Made by a program: the position numbers and the translations under genes | Origin: Octopus vulgaris | Taxonomy: Eukaryota | Length of the DNA stretch: 64,000 nucleotides | Assembly: GCA_951406725.2 (NCBI GenBank) | Contig: OX597814.1 | Coordinates: 131,936,001 to 132,000,000 of the forward strand | Reading direction: 5' to 3' | Notes under the pieces: model-generated | Databases searched by the model: none | Told to the model about the DNA's origin: nothing | Seen by the model: only the letters and a program-made list of their open reading frames with translations | Shown: positions 29,203 to 42,491 of the stretch, piece after piece | How positions within the stretch are numbered: the first letter of the stretch is position 1 | Layout: every line of letters starts with the position of its first letter

Positions 29203-30307
29203 ATACATAATTAATAATAGCAGGGTAATAAAGATTTTAGAAATTTTTACTACCAGTGGCCTAGCGTATAGAAAAATTAGTCAATAGCCTATATATTATT
29301 CATATAAAATACAGTGTACATTTAAACATATCAAGAGATTTCCATTATAGGAATCCTTTACGCTAGAAAGAACAGCTAAAGTCCAAACTACTAATTAGGG
29401 ATAAATTCTGGAAGGGAATGAAAACTAGAAAAATTTACCAACTCTTTCCTGGACCATGGTTCCTGACTTATTTTAGTAAATAAAATAATTTATCAGGCGA
29501 AGACTTCATCAATCCATATTTACGAAGATTGGTATTTTGGTCATATTTCTTAGGAACAAGATTTAAAGAACGAACACAAAAGAACGGATTTTCAACTGAG
29601 TAAATAGGCATAGCTGTGAAGAAAAGGTTGAGGAGAGTTAGCTCGTGATTTCATATAGTATGTGAAACAACATTCATGGATTTGGGTTGAGGAGTATAAA
29701 AGATTACTTAGATGAATGCAATATTTCCTGACGACAACAGAGAAGGCCTCTTTGTGATGTCAACATGTGAGTAACAGGAAAATCTTCAATGACTGTAAGG
29801 CATAGCATTTGACACTTTAGAGAGTTGAAGTGATAAACATGTTCTTAATGAAAGATGACGTATTGTTTAAAATTTGGTGATGCCGGAGTTCTTTCCCTTC
29901 CTCTTGTTATGATAAAGACATCGTTATCAAAGTCAAATGCTTGAAACGACGGTTCATTATTCTAAGAGAAAGTTGTCTCTCATTCCCACTGTTATACCTT
30001 CTTTCACTCTCTCAGTTTCTTACTTTTGGTGCCGAACACTGCAATACCATTTTTCATTGCCATCATTTTTAGCAAAACATTAAGTGTTTTTTATTAAACA
30101 AAAAGAACATGAGTTGTTTAAAGACATTTCAAAATAACTGACTGACACCGCAAACAGGATCTCGTTCCACAAAAACAAACACACTTAAGATAGCACTTAG
30201 AAGGCTAGAAAAATGGAAATCTTAGTGAAAACATACAAAGTTGAAAATCAGCGTGACTTGAAAGTTCGGTAGTAAATATACAACAACAATAACAATAGCT
30301 GCTGCTG

Positions 30308-30377
<70 letters not shown>

Positions 30378-30378
30378 C

Positions 30379-30410
<32 letters not shown>

Positions 30411-30494
30411 CAACAACAACACCACTACTACTACTAATACTACTACTACTACTACCACCACCACCATTTATAATAATAATCCTTTCTACGATAG

Positions 30495-30815
30495 GCACAA
30501 GGCTTGAAATTTGAGGGAGGAATAAGTCGATTATAATTCTTCGGAGTTGGGGGTTAGATGATTATTATTCCTCGGCGGAGTTTTAACTCAGAACGTAGCG
30601 ACGGACGAAATACCTATTTCTTTACTACCCACAAGGGGCTAAACACAGAAGGGACAAACAAAGACTGACAAACGGATTAAGTCGATTACATCGACCCCAG
30701 TGCGTAACTGGTACTTAATTTATCGACCCCGAAAGGATGAAAGGCAAAGTCGACCTCGGCGGAATTTGAACTCAGAAAGTAGCGGCAGACGAAATACGTT
30801 TCTTCCAGCTCGCCG
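30495..30815 (-). mobile_element. SINE family A fragments in tandem
   Basis: Same core and tail as 96-328, in reverse orientation. Confidence 0.8.
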
Positions 30816-31319
30816 TCTTAAACGAGTAATACTAATAATAACGCTCTGGTGCAGTACTTGCCCTGATGCAGTACCAGTGGCTCTCAGGGCTTCTAATCTT
30901 AACTGATTGAAAGTGTTATCATGTTCATTGTTTTGTCTTGGTATAAAAAAAAGTGGGCTACAGTAAACATTCTGCTCAATACCACAGTTGTTTGATCTTA
31001 ACCAACAATAATAATGATAATAATCATATCTGAAATAAACTCGACTGCTCTCATAAACGAGAATACTAATAATGAACCCGGTCACTCTCAAAAATTAAAT
31101 AAAAAAAAAGACCGGAAAAGTCATCCAGAATCCTTGTCGGTACCGGAGCGATGCCAAAACCTAATCAGTTTATGCAGGTCACGAGGCCAAACACCCCTAA
31201 ATGTTTCATCCAGCAATCCTTGAGGTATCTTGTCCACTGACGAACAATAAAACACAACTGAAAACAATACCTCTGCCTTAGCGAAGGCGGAGGTAATAAT
31301 AATGATATTGTTATTTTTG

Positions 31320-31893
31320 CTTGCACAAGGCCCGAAATTTTGGGAGAGGTGGGGCCAGTCGATTACATCGACCCCACTACGCTACTGGTACTTTATTTAT
31401 CGACCCCGAAAGGATGAAAGGCAAAGTCGACCTCGACGGAATTTGAACTCAGAACGCAAAGACAGACGAAATACCTATTTCTATTTCTTTACTACCCACA
31501 AGGGGCTAAACACAGAAGGGACAAACAAGGACAGACAAACGTATTAAGTCGATTACATCGACCCCAGTGCGTAACTGGTACTTATTTAATCGATCCCAAA
31601 AAGATGAAAGGCAAAGTCGCCCACGGCGGAATTTGATCTCAGAACGTAGCGGCAGACGAAATACCTATTTATTTACTACCCACAAGGGGTTAAACACAGA
31701 GGGGACAAACAAGGGCAGACAAACGGATTAAATCGATTACATCGGTCCCAGTGCGTAACTGGTACTTAATTTATCGACCTAGAAAGGATGAAAGGCAAAG
31801 TCAACCTCGGCGGAATTTGAACTCAGAACGCAACGGCAGACAAAATACCGCTAAGCATTTCGCCCGGCGTGCTAACGATTCTTTCAGCTCGCA
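31320..31893 (-). mobile_element. SINE family A concatemer (about 3 tandem units of about 185 bp)
   Basis: Core GAAAGGATGAAAGGCAAAGTC repeated at about 31408, 31598 and 31782, with a single head at about 31893. Confidence 0.88.
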
Positions 31894-33067
31894 AGCTTGT
31901 TGTTGTTAGCATATTGACATAATTATGTTTAGAGTTGTTTTCTCTTGTCTATTGTTTAGATTGTTTTGTGTTTTGCTATATTGCTATTCAATGTTAGAAA
32001 CCTGCTTGATGCTTGTGCGCCCAACCAATCCCCTACACTTGCACCAAAATATTTGTACCGGAAATCATGAAAACCCGATCTGGAAGAGATCATAATTACA
32101 TGAACAAGAAATAACACCCGATCCCAAAGAAGCAACTTGGTTATGGAGTAGGAGTAGGTCAGAAAATGATACACAAACACAGAACATATATTCGACGAGC
32201 TTCTTTCAGTTTCCGTCTACCAAATCCACTCGCAAGGCTTTGGTCAGCCCGAGGCTATAGTAGAAGACACTTGCCCAAGGTGCCACGCTGTGGGACTGAA
32301 CCTCGAACCATGTGGCTGGTAAGCAAGCTACTTACCACACAGCCACTCCTACGGTAATAGGGAAAAAGAAAATATAAAAGAAGCACAAAATCTCTTAGCC
32401 AAAAACTTTGGGTAAAGGTGATGAAATTCTGCTGTGATTTTGCTTTTTCCTCCAAGATGTGACGGTAGTAATACACAAATATTTGTATTCTCATGTCTTT
32501 TGAGTATTGAAAGTGCAGTGGAGTCAGAATATTTTCGGAGAATGTTTGCTTTCAGACGTTCCTCATATCCCTAGCCGTTTGCTGTAAAACGTTCGGCAAG
32601 TCCGTAGAACTACTGTTATTTTGGCTGACATCATACCTATGCACACTGAAAATTTTATTCAAATTTTCAGTATGTAAGACAACTTGAGTTGTATTGGTTT
32701 TAGAAATTCAGTTGTCTTTACTGCATTCCGCTGTGTACTCCTAATGGGAATTCTTATAGGTCCCACCTTCTGCATAAATCATAACTTTTCTGTTATAATT
32801 TGTGATGAAGTTGACTTCGCTCATGTTGCATAATGAACAGGGATGACCTCACCTACACCTGTTTCTGGGGTATAAAGTTGAGGAATTCCAATGAAGTTTT
32901 TATTGGGATTAGGGATAGTGGTTCATAGTTCTCTATTTTTATTCAGTATAAATGCTACAATGGATGGATAAGGAAATATTTGAAATGAGAATATTTTTCT
33001 GAAATATGCTGGTAACTTTCATGAAAAACTTTTGAAATAGCTGAGAAATTTCGGTGCCTATTAATCA

Positions 33068-33126
<59 letters not shown>

Positions 33127-33934
33127 TACATACAAATTCTGTTTAGAGATAGCTATCTACATTTGAATACAATGCTTGTGTAATATAGGCAATATTATTA
33201 GAAATGTCTAAGGCAGCGAGCTGGCAGAATCGTTAGCACGCCAGGAAAAGTGCTTTAGCGGCATTTCGTCCGTCTTTACGTTCTGAGTTCAAATTCCGCC
33301 AAGGTGTAATCGACTTACCCACTCCCTTGAATTTGTGGGCCTTATGCCAAAATTTGAAGCCTGTATTATCAAGAAAGTCTCATTAATTGTCACTATGTAG
33401 AATATCGAAAGACAATATCAATACACAAAATAAAATACTTGCCAAAAATTTGAACATTACATTTTTTAGAAAGATAACTAGCGCAAGACAACCCCAGAAA
33501 TGTGTAAAAAAATAAAGCTAAGCATATTTAGGGAAACAAAGATATCCCTAAATAAAAGAAAGAATAAAAACAAGAAAAAAATTAAGGTTTGTATTATTCT
33601 TTATTGCTTATTGATATGCAAATTTTGTAACAAATTTAATATAAATAACATATAAAAGGCGTACCATTTCATGGTAAAATTCAACTAAACATATGTAAAT
33701 ATATTTATATAATTATCAAAACTATTTATAGTATCCAAAAAATTTTTAAATTTCTATAAAAATATACAAAATACAAAAACTTATTATATTAGTTATAAAA
33801 ATAAATATTTTATAATAAATAGTTATTAAAATAAATATTGTATAATAGTTACAAAAATAAATACATGGAAGTGATAAATAAATATATAAATTTGTATATA
33901 TATATATTTAAATAAAGATACAAAGTATATACAT

Positions 33935-33984
<50 letters not shown>

Positions 33985-33992
<8 letters not shown>

Positions 33993-34298
33993 ATAAGGGT
34001 AGAAAATGATATTAATCAATTAAAACCAGTGGCCTAGTATATTTTAAAAAAATCCGAAGATTAAAAATTTTATACATACGAAATTTAGAGGAATGACCAC
34101 TAATAGTGTACAGCCTGTATGCTAGAAATAGACGTCAAACTCGCCATTTACCACGAAGAATGTGTTCTCAAGAAAAATTGTTGAATTTGCTGAATTCTTT
34201 TCTTGAGAACACATTCTTCGTGGTAAATGGCGAGTTTGACGTCTACTTCTAGCATACAGGCTGTCCACTATTAGTGGTCATTCCTCTAAATTTTGTAT
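33985..34298. mobile_element. Fold-back element: about 100-bp near-perfect hairpin in (TA)n
   Basis: 34076-34178 is inverted at 34197-34298. Leader and arms are homologous to 24473-25048. Confidence 0.85.
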
Positions 34299-34795
34299 AT
34301 ATACATATATATATACATATATATGCATATATATATATATACATACATGTATATATATGTACATACATAGAACTGAATTGCTGTAGCGTAGTGTATGTGT
34401 AGGCTTTGTTTTCTTACACTACATTGCATGTGATGAATTGTTAAGAAAGTAATATCTTGTATTATGAAATTTAGTCTTGATTTCTAGGTACTCATGATGT
34501 ATGTCCATGAACTTATACGAGACACAGGACTGTAAATTATCTCAGAGTTGGCACGCGTAATGTCATATCACACAGCCTTGAGGCAAATTCGTTCTCGAGT
34601 TGAATTCCACATCCACGAGTGATGTGGTGGAGTTTCAAAAGAAGACAGATGTAGACATTCATATACATATAGTGTGATATTTGTGTGTGCATACATTGTA
34701 ATAACCACATGGTGTTCTCGTTGCTCATTGTTCATAAGGTAATGAATAACTTTCGCGTTACACACAGTTCGTGTGAAATATGGCTGTTTTTACGT

Positions 34796-35317
34796 CTACT
34801 CTACGTTGTCCTTTACTTTAAAAACAGCATTATGCCTTCGTGCACAAACACAGGCCGTTGCTACATCAATCACACTTGGTTTATAAACATACCATCCATT
34901 AATACATTCACCTGTACGTTTGAGGACAGTCATTTTACTGTATAGTGTAGTACAGCGATGATTTTTATCAGAGTCTAAACACGTTTTGCAGCGGCACACA
35001 ACTTCGGTAAATGTTGGCGGAAAATACGTCGAGTTATGGATAATGTTCAGAGACCATGGACAGGTTGAGCGGTTACCGATGTCAGTGGATAAACCAGCAG
35101 ATGTAGGGTGAGTTTTATTTTCGTCGGTCATTAGTGCTTCACTACTTTCAGTTGGAGCCATTTCGGCGGGTAGAAAAAAGTTATTACTATTGACTTCACT
35201 CGGAAGACTCTTAAAACGAACTTGCAAGTTGGTTGGAATTTTACATTGGGTCGGAATTGATGCTGAGGATACAATCACGAGGTAGTTGAAGAAGAGGATT
35301 ACAATCTGGACGAGAAC
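34796..35317 (-). CDS. IL17: Interleukin-17-like cytokine gene 2, exon 2
   Basis: Acceptor TTAACAG|GTT at 35318/35317. VLVQIVILFFNYLVIVSSASIPTQCKIP...NRSTCPW...VVCRCKTC...C..LY...RTGECING.YVY....ACVCA. Stop TAG at 34796-34798. Colinear with gene 1. Confidence 0.93.
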   Translation of the reverse strand, partial: VLVQIVILFFNYLVIVSSASIPTQCKIPTNLQVRFKSLPSEVNSNNFFLPAEMAPTESSEALMTDENKTHPTSAGLSTDIGNRSTCPWSLNIIHNSTYFPPTFTEVVCRCKTCLDSDKNHRCTTLYSKMTVLKRTGECINGWYVYKPSVIDVATACVCARRHNAVFKVKDNVE

Positions 35318-36546
35318 CTGTTAATATACAAAATATTTTAGTCAAATGATATATAGAAGATAACGTAAAATATATATTTAAAATATGTTTAGCATTTGAA
35401 CAATAGAGATGTGTGCTTCAGACAAGAAAAAACGAATGCAAGAGAAATAACACGGAAATACATTAAAGAGTGTTCTGTGAAGCGACATATTTGTACGTGT
35501 GTCTGAGGGGAGGTCGTACACTAGAGATGTCATACTATAAATAAATAAATATAAATAAACTGCTTAAGATTTGGACTAAACAAGTGAGATTGCTTTCTTT
35601 GCCAATTAATTTATACGTTGACGCGGTTAAGCTATAATTTTTTAATCGTATATATGTCGATTTATTGTTGAAAGATACACGGACAAACCTAATTTGTTTA
35701 ATGTAAATGTTCAATATACCAATAACTTTTCATAAAATTCGAGATGCATGCCATATACAGCATAAGGTACTTAGTGCCAACAAATGTAAAATGGCAAATG
35801 TAAAAAGAAAAAAACGTATTTCATAACAGTTATGTCGTGCAGAAAAAACAACAAATACTCAATGACTAATGTTATTTTGATAATACGAGAGGAAACTGCA
35901 GTAAGTTTTGTTTTTAAGTGCTGCATACGCTTCACCCTACTTGCCTAACTGGTATGGGCGGAATTCTTAAGTGGCGTGCACCTTAGTCGTTAAAGTTTGC
36001 AAAGTTAAATTATATGCGAATTATTGAGAGGCAACGACTGCATGTAAGACTATAGTTGAGTGAATGTCAAAGTGTTTTATGTAGAGTATCAAATGCCTGA
36101 CTTGCAGCAACAAAAAGAAAAAATATATCAGAAGCTCTATGAGTAAAAGGAAGCTAATAATTTTAGCAAGAAAGGGAGATTGAAAAATTCACCATGATAT
36201 TATTTGTAGATCCTATCTATACTTGCTTGTATGACGTGTATATTCTCTGTTTAAAAGTTAGGAAAGTATAAGCTTTAAATGATAGTATAAGAAAAATGTA
36301 TTTAAAATAATATGCTGAATACTATAGCATTCAAATAACATATGAATCTTAAACTACTAATAATTTACAGGTTGGTACATATGCAACGATGCACAATGAA
36401 GTCGAATCGATCTATGGGAATTTGTCAAAGTGACACTTCAAACTATTTCGTCAAGAAGTAAACATACAAACACATACATAAATAATAACATTTATAATTA
36501 CATACAAAAATACATCAGATATTATCATTCATTTAAATGTACTTAC

Positions 36547-36558
36547 TTTTGTTATCAT
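36547..36558 (-). CDS. IL17: IL-17-like gene 2, first coding exon (MITK)
   Basis: ATG ATA ACA AAA|GTAAGT, phase 0, about 1.2 kb upstream of the acceptor. Completes the signal peptide MITKVLVQIVILFFNYLVIVSS. Confidence 0.78.
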
Positions 36559-36654
36559 TATACCGAGTTAACTTGGAAATGTGATTATAAACTATTTTGC
36601 TTCTGAGCTCGATGTGATCAAATTTTGATAATGATTCTTAGTTGCCTGGGTTTA

Positions 36655-36764
36655 CTTATATATAATATGTAGTACCGGTAATGTAATTTCCGCGTAAGCA
36701 CCAAGGGAATAAATAAGTTTTATTGATATAATAACACGGAACTAATATGAATACGGAAATTTCC
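36655..36764 (-). promoter_or_regulatory. Candidate proximal promoter of IL-17 gene 2 (TATA + kB-like site)
   Basis: TATATATAAG on the minus strand at about 36655-36664, about 100 bp upstream of the ATG. Palindromic GGAAATTTCC at 36755-36764. Confidence 0.55.
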
Positions 36765-37665
36765 ATAACCGGTGACGTTAGTAGAACACTTATCGAAAAA
36801 TTGGCTTCTGTTGCCCTATATTGTTACTATTCTGTACAATGCGTAGGAGAGAACTCAAGTAAGCAGGACATGTTTACATCTATGTACCATTTTCATAAAT
36901 ACATAACCAATGTGGGGGTGATAAATGTCATTATTCGTTGATGGCGCTGACTGTTCTAACTCTTGATGTTCAAATGTAGTTGAAGTAGGCTTTATTTAGA
37001 ATTCCTTGAAAATTGGAATTTTGGGGAAGGACTTGACCTTGATAATTGTTTGCGTGTTTGTTTTGTGGAATTATATGCATTCCATTTGAGCTTTCTATAG
37101 AACTTGCAAATAGTATTCCTATTGTCAATGACAATTGAAATACATTCTTTCTGTACTTTTACGTGATTTCTTCTTGCACTTTAATGTTCATCGTTATTGT
37201 TTTATCTTTTTGTAAATTAACCTTTTACTTGCATTGTGTATCATTGAGATCATATATCATACATGATACATATTCCTAATTTTTTATACGACTAGATTAA
37301 ATTAGGACTTAATAAAAGGGAAGCTTTATATTACTCAACAATTCTGAAAAGGAGTAGGAACCTTTAGGACAAACTTATGAAGATACTTTGGAAAGTTTAA
37401 AGGGTTAAAAAATGAGTTATATTCGTATAATGATATCTTAAACTTATAAAGCCACAACGTTGCCTTATAGATTATCTTTACATTTCAAAGACAAGAAAAA
37501 TAAATTATCTGCAAATAATCGTTGACACACCTTTCAAATGATATTATTTTACAGATTTTTCTAATTTAAATTACGCAGCCAACAGTATAGCACAAAGTAA
37601 ATTCCTCAGTAAAAGGCTTCTTCCTATTAGAGTAATTCCTAATGATATTTTTTAACTATATTCGA

Positions 37666-37880
37666 GGCGGCGAGCTGGCAGACACGTTAGCGCCCCGGGC
37701 AAAATGCTTAGGGGTATTTCGTCCGCCGCTGCGTTCTGAGTTCAAATTCCGCCGAGGTCGACTTTGCCTTTCATCTTTTCGGGGTCGATAAATTAAGTAC
37801 TAGTTGCGTACTGGAGTCGATCTAATCGAATGGCCCCTTCCCCCCCAAATTCGGGTCTTGTGCCTAGAACAGAAAAGAAT
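37666..37880 (+). mobile_element. SINE family A copy
   Basis: Same head and core as 96-328 with an alternative 3' tail. Further degenerate copies at about 33210 and 46580. Confidence 0.85.
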
Positions 37881-37970
37881 ATTTTTTAACTAACTTTATT
37901 CTCCCATGCGTAATGTAATTTTTGCATTCCTCATAGTTAATTTACTTCCACTAACAGGTGATTTATTTAC

Positions 37971-38032
<62 letters not shown>

Positions 38033-38234
38033 CGTAAGAGCACGTTTATATAGACTGACGCGGTAGATAACTGCCCCACTGACAGGGTAGATAACTACAA
38101 AGCTAGAACACTGGGCTGCCCAGTTTAATCTCAATGAGAATTCTCAACAATGTGTTTCCATTGCTTCCACGGAATAGCTAATTATATCCGCTAGTATATG
38201 TATTTGCAAATATATTTATGGCTGATTTAGCGAA

Positions 38235-38495
38235 TATGTCAAATCGTATAATATGAGATTGATATGGCCAGCTTGGCGCAAAATAAACCCTTCAGACAAA
38301 CTTTATCCATCACTGATTGTAACTGTATGTGCGACACATATATTGCTAGAAATAAGAGTTAAACCACCTGTAACAGCATAATAGCAATATATGTGCTTGT
38401 AGCATATACAGTCACAATTAGTGATGACTAAATTTTGCCTATATTACGATTTATATTGCGCCCAACTGCCAACATTAATTTTATGCGACATATAT
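38235..38495. repeat. Diverged fold-back/MITE-like inverted repeat
   Basis: GGCGCAAAATAAA..CATCACTGATTGTAACTGTATG..CACATATATTGCTA mirrored by TAGCAATATATGTG..CATATACAGTCACAATTAGTGATG..TTTATATTGCGCC. Confidence 0.65.
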
Positions 38496-39336
38496 CAGAA
38501 AATGCAAGGAATCGCAAAGGTAAATAAAGACTACATGTGTATTAAAGCTAAACTTTGTGTCTCACATAACTCGTAATACACACAAAAAGTTTAGCTAACC
38601 CTCAGGTCCAATAACGGTCGGTTGTTTGCATCGTCACATGGAAAAGCATGAATAATTCTCTAATTTTGATACTCTAAAATGGTAGATGGATATAGCTTAT
38701 CGAATATAGGCAAGCGCACTAAATAGGAAAAAAGGGTGTCAGTTTACAGATGTCAATTAATTGGGTAACAATGAGTCTAGCTATGAGGGAACGGGAGGTT
38801 CTGTCTCATTTGTCTCTCTTCCCTCTTTCTTCTGTCTCTCTCTTCCTCCATTCTCTCATCAACTGAGGTAGCTCTTTATTACCTCCACTGCAAGCTATGC
38901 ATCACCTCCACCTATTTGTGTCTCTCTATTCATACTTTAACTTATCATCTGACAAATTGCCACCTCTCTTAATACTGTTCCCACTTTAGATAAAATATTT
39001 TTGTCTTCCAATTATTAGGAGACCTTGTCAGTGCTGGTGCCTCGTAAAAAGCATCTACTGCAGTCTGTAAAGTGGTTGGCATTAGGAAGGACATCCAGTG
39101 GTAGAAACCATCCCAAAGCAATCAATAACGCTTGATAGTGTCTTCTAACTTGCCAGCCGTTGTCAAACCATGTCAGAATCGAAGGAGTATTTTAAGTGAT
39201 GATAATGATGATGATAATTTGTATAGCTATGTTAGTATATGTGTGTGTATTTATGTGCATTTTCATATATGTATGCATATGCTTAAATATATAGAGGATA
39301 GCTATCTATGTGCACACAAACACACAAAAATGTGCA

Positions 39337-39467
<131 letters not shown>

Positions 39468-39504
39468 TTCTATGATACGCTGTTTCAACTCTTCTTTTAC
39501 AGTC

Positions 39505-40455
39505 CCAAATTCTTTCTCTTTGACTAAGTATTTTTTCTACAAGGAAGACTTGTTTAATTTCCAGGCTTCTATTCTACTCAAATCTTGTCTTAAAGTTTTC
39601 ACTTTATTTTATAGTCCCCTTTTCCACATTTTCTCGTTTTAACCTTTCCCTGTGAGATATCTAATTTTATAGTGACTACTATTCCTCCTGCCTAGATCAA
39701 TAAGTTAATGTTTCCTATATTTTAGTATCTATCTTACTGATAACAGAATCTACTTTTCTAGTAATTTCTAGCAGCTTCCTTCCGTTGGTGCCTTTTAATA
39801 CTGGCAGTCTTTTTCTTACTTCTTTACTCATTACTCCCTACAACTCATCTAAAATCTTCTGATCTTCCTCACTTAAATCATCTAAGTCGTTGGTGGTTGT
39901 TGTCACTTCCTTATTGGTAGCGCTATTATTTTAAAAAAAAATTTTTTTTTTGTACTTGTTTCAGTCATTTGACTGCGGCCATGCTGGAGCACCGCCTTTA
40001 GAGTGGTGAAAGAGTACAGCAGGGATCACCACCATCCCCTGCCGGAGCCTCGTGGAGCTTTTAGGGGTTTTCGCTCAATAAACACACACAACGCCCGGTC
40101 TGGGAATCGAAACCGCGATCCTCCGACCGCAAGTCCGCTGCCCTAACCACTGGGCCATTGCGCCTCCTTATTTATTTTTTCTTTATGTTTTTCTTTGTTT
40201 TGAGCTGTATCTCTCATGTTTTTTGTCTTTCCTACTGCCTGGTCTTTATTTTCTAGTTCTCTTGTGATCTCTTCCACCTCCGATTCTGTCATCTACTTTC
40301 TTCTTTTAATAGCATTAGTTTGATCTGCTAAACTTTGCTCAGTCACTTTAAACATACCCTTCTCTACCCAAAGTGTTAACATCCGTTTTCAATAGCCCCT
40401 TCTTTTAAGTTCACTTTTAGGATTTTTAGATGTTCTAATGGTTCTTTTTAGATTT
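39505..40455 (-). mobile_element. Degenerate N-terminal region of Dong/R4-like LINE
   Basis: Minus-strand translation GY*KRMLTLWVEKGMFKVTEQSLADQTNAI resembles the N-terminal block of R4-clade ORFs as I recall them. Interrupted by a SINE. Confidence 0.55.
39953..40167 (-). mobile_element. tRNA-derived SINE family C (short form)
   Basis: Head GGAGGCGCAATGGCCCAGTGGTTAGGGCAGCGGAC...GGTTTCGATTCCC. The 3' tail is the same as in SINE B. Confidence 0.85.
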
Positions 40456-40474
40456 TTTAAGCTTTATTATTATT

Positions 40475-40505
<31 letters not shown>

Positions 40506-40534
40506 CTGTTGTTGTTGTTGTTGTTATTATTATC

Positions 40535-41578
<1,044 letters not shown>

Positions 41579-41584
41579 TTATTG

Positions 41585-41975
41585 ATTGCGAGAGCAGTGC
41601 ATGCCATCAAAGTGACACTGGGGTAAAATATACGAAGCCCAGTATACCTATCATGACTACCCCTCTGATAAGGGTACACCAGGCACATGCATCACAACCA
41701 CATGTGCGTGACATGGTGATCTCATATAAAGATAAACAACGCATGACTTTGCAGGTGGGGCCCAGTTAGAATTTTTTTCTGGTCGAGTAACCTATCCCGC
41801 TCAAAAGGTCCCTAAATAAGGGTTGTTTAAGGATGTTAAACGAAACACCCATGTGCCCAGAGGTGAATTATTCAAACCTCAAAGAATCTCTCTCAACACA
41901 CGGCTATATATCTACTCGTGATCAGAGATGCACATATCGTCAGCCAATATGGGACATGCTCAGCTGGTGAAGCTG
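41585..41975 (-). mobile_element. Non-autonomous retroposon with (AAT)n tail
   Basis: Homologous to 56630-57166. Both abut (TTA)n at the GAGAGCAGT.CATGCCATCAAAGTGACACTGGG end. A fragment of the other end lies at about 30870-31005 on the plus strand. Confidence 0.7.
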
Positions 41976-42420
41976 GGGAAGCTAAACGAACCTCATTCAT
42001 ATTTTGAATTCGGCGGTGCTAACATTGAATTTGATCTATGTAATACCGTTAGGTGGAAAAATTTGTTCAACTATCCTAGTACCTTCGAATTATCGTGGAA
42101 AGCCAAGCCGATGAAGAATATGGTTAGTAAAGTATAATTTTATATTCTTTATGCAAAACCTAATTCAGAAACGCGCGTCCATGGATAACCAGATATTGAT
42201 TGATTTTCGTTGCTTTACTCTCTGCTTGTGTGAATTATCTTCAAGTATTTTGGTTTCTTCGGAAGACCCCCTTTTAAAGTAGAAGAAATAGCAAAGATTT
42301 TTAGCTTCTATTTCTAAACTTCGGTGTGTGGTGAAGCAAATCTTTGCTGAACCCTTTTTATTAGTATTACTTAAACTTACCGTGAAATGGTCCTTTTTTC
42401 ATACCGAATTCTACTTGGTG

Positions 42421-42458
<38 letters not shown>

Positions 42459-42491
42459 TATATACGGGTGTGTGTGATTGTGTATAGAAGA

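Noticed and set aside
29500-30010. Possible third IL-17 pseudogene or LINE endonuclease remnant
   Set aside because: No CPW/CxC pattern. There is only a faint resemblance to an apurinic-type endonuclease, too weak to call.
31320-31893. CRISPR-like repeat array
   Set aside because: Units are whole SINE segments of about 185 bp without unique spacers. The context is eukaryotic and there are no cas genes.
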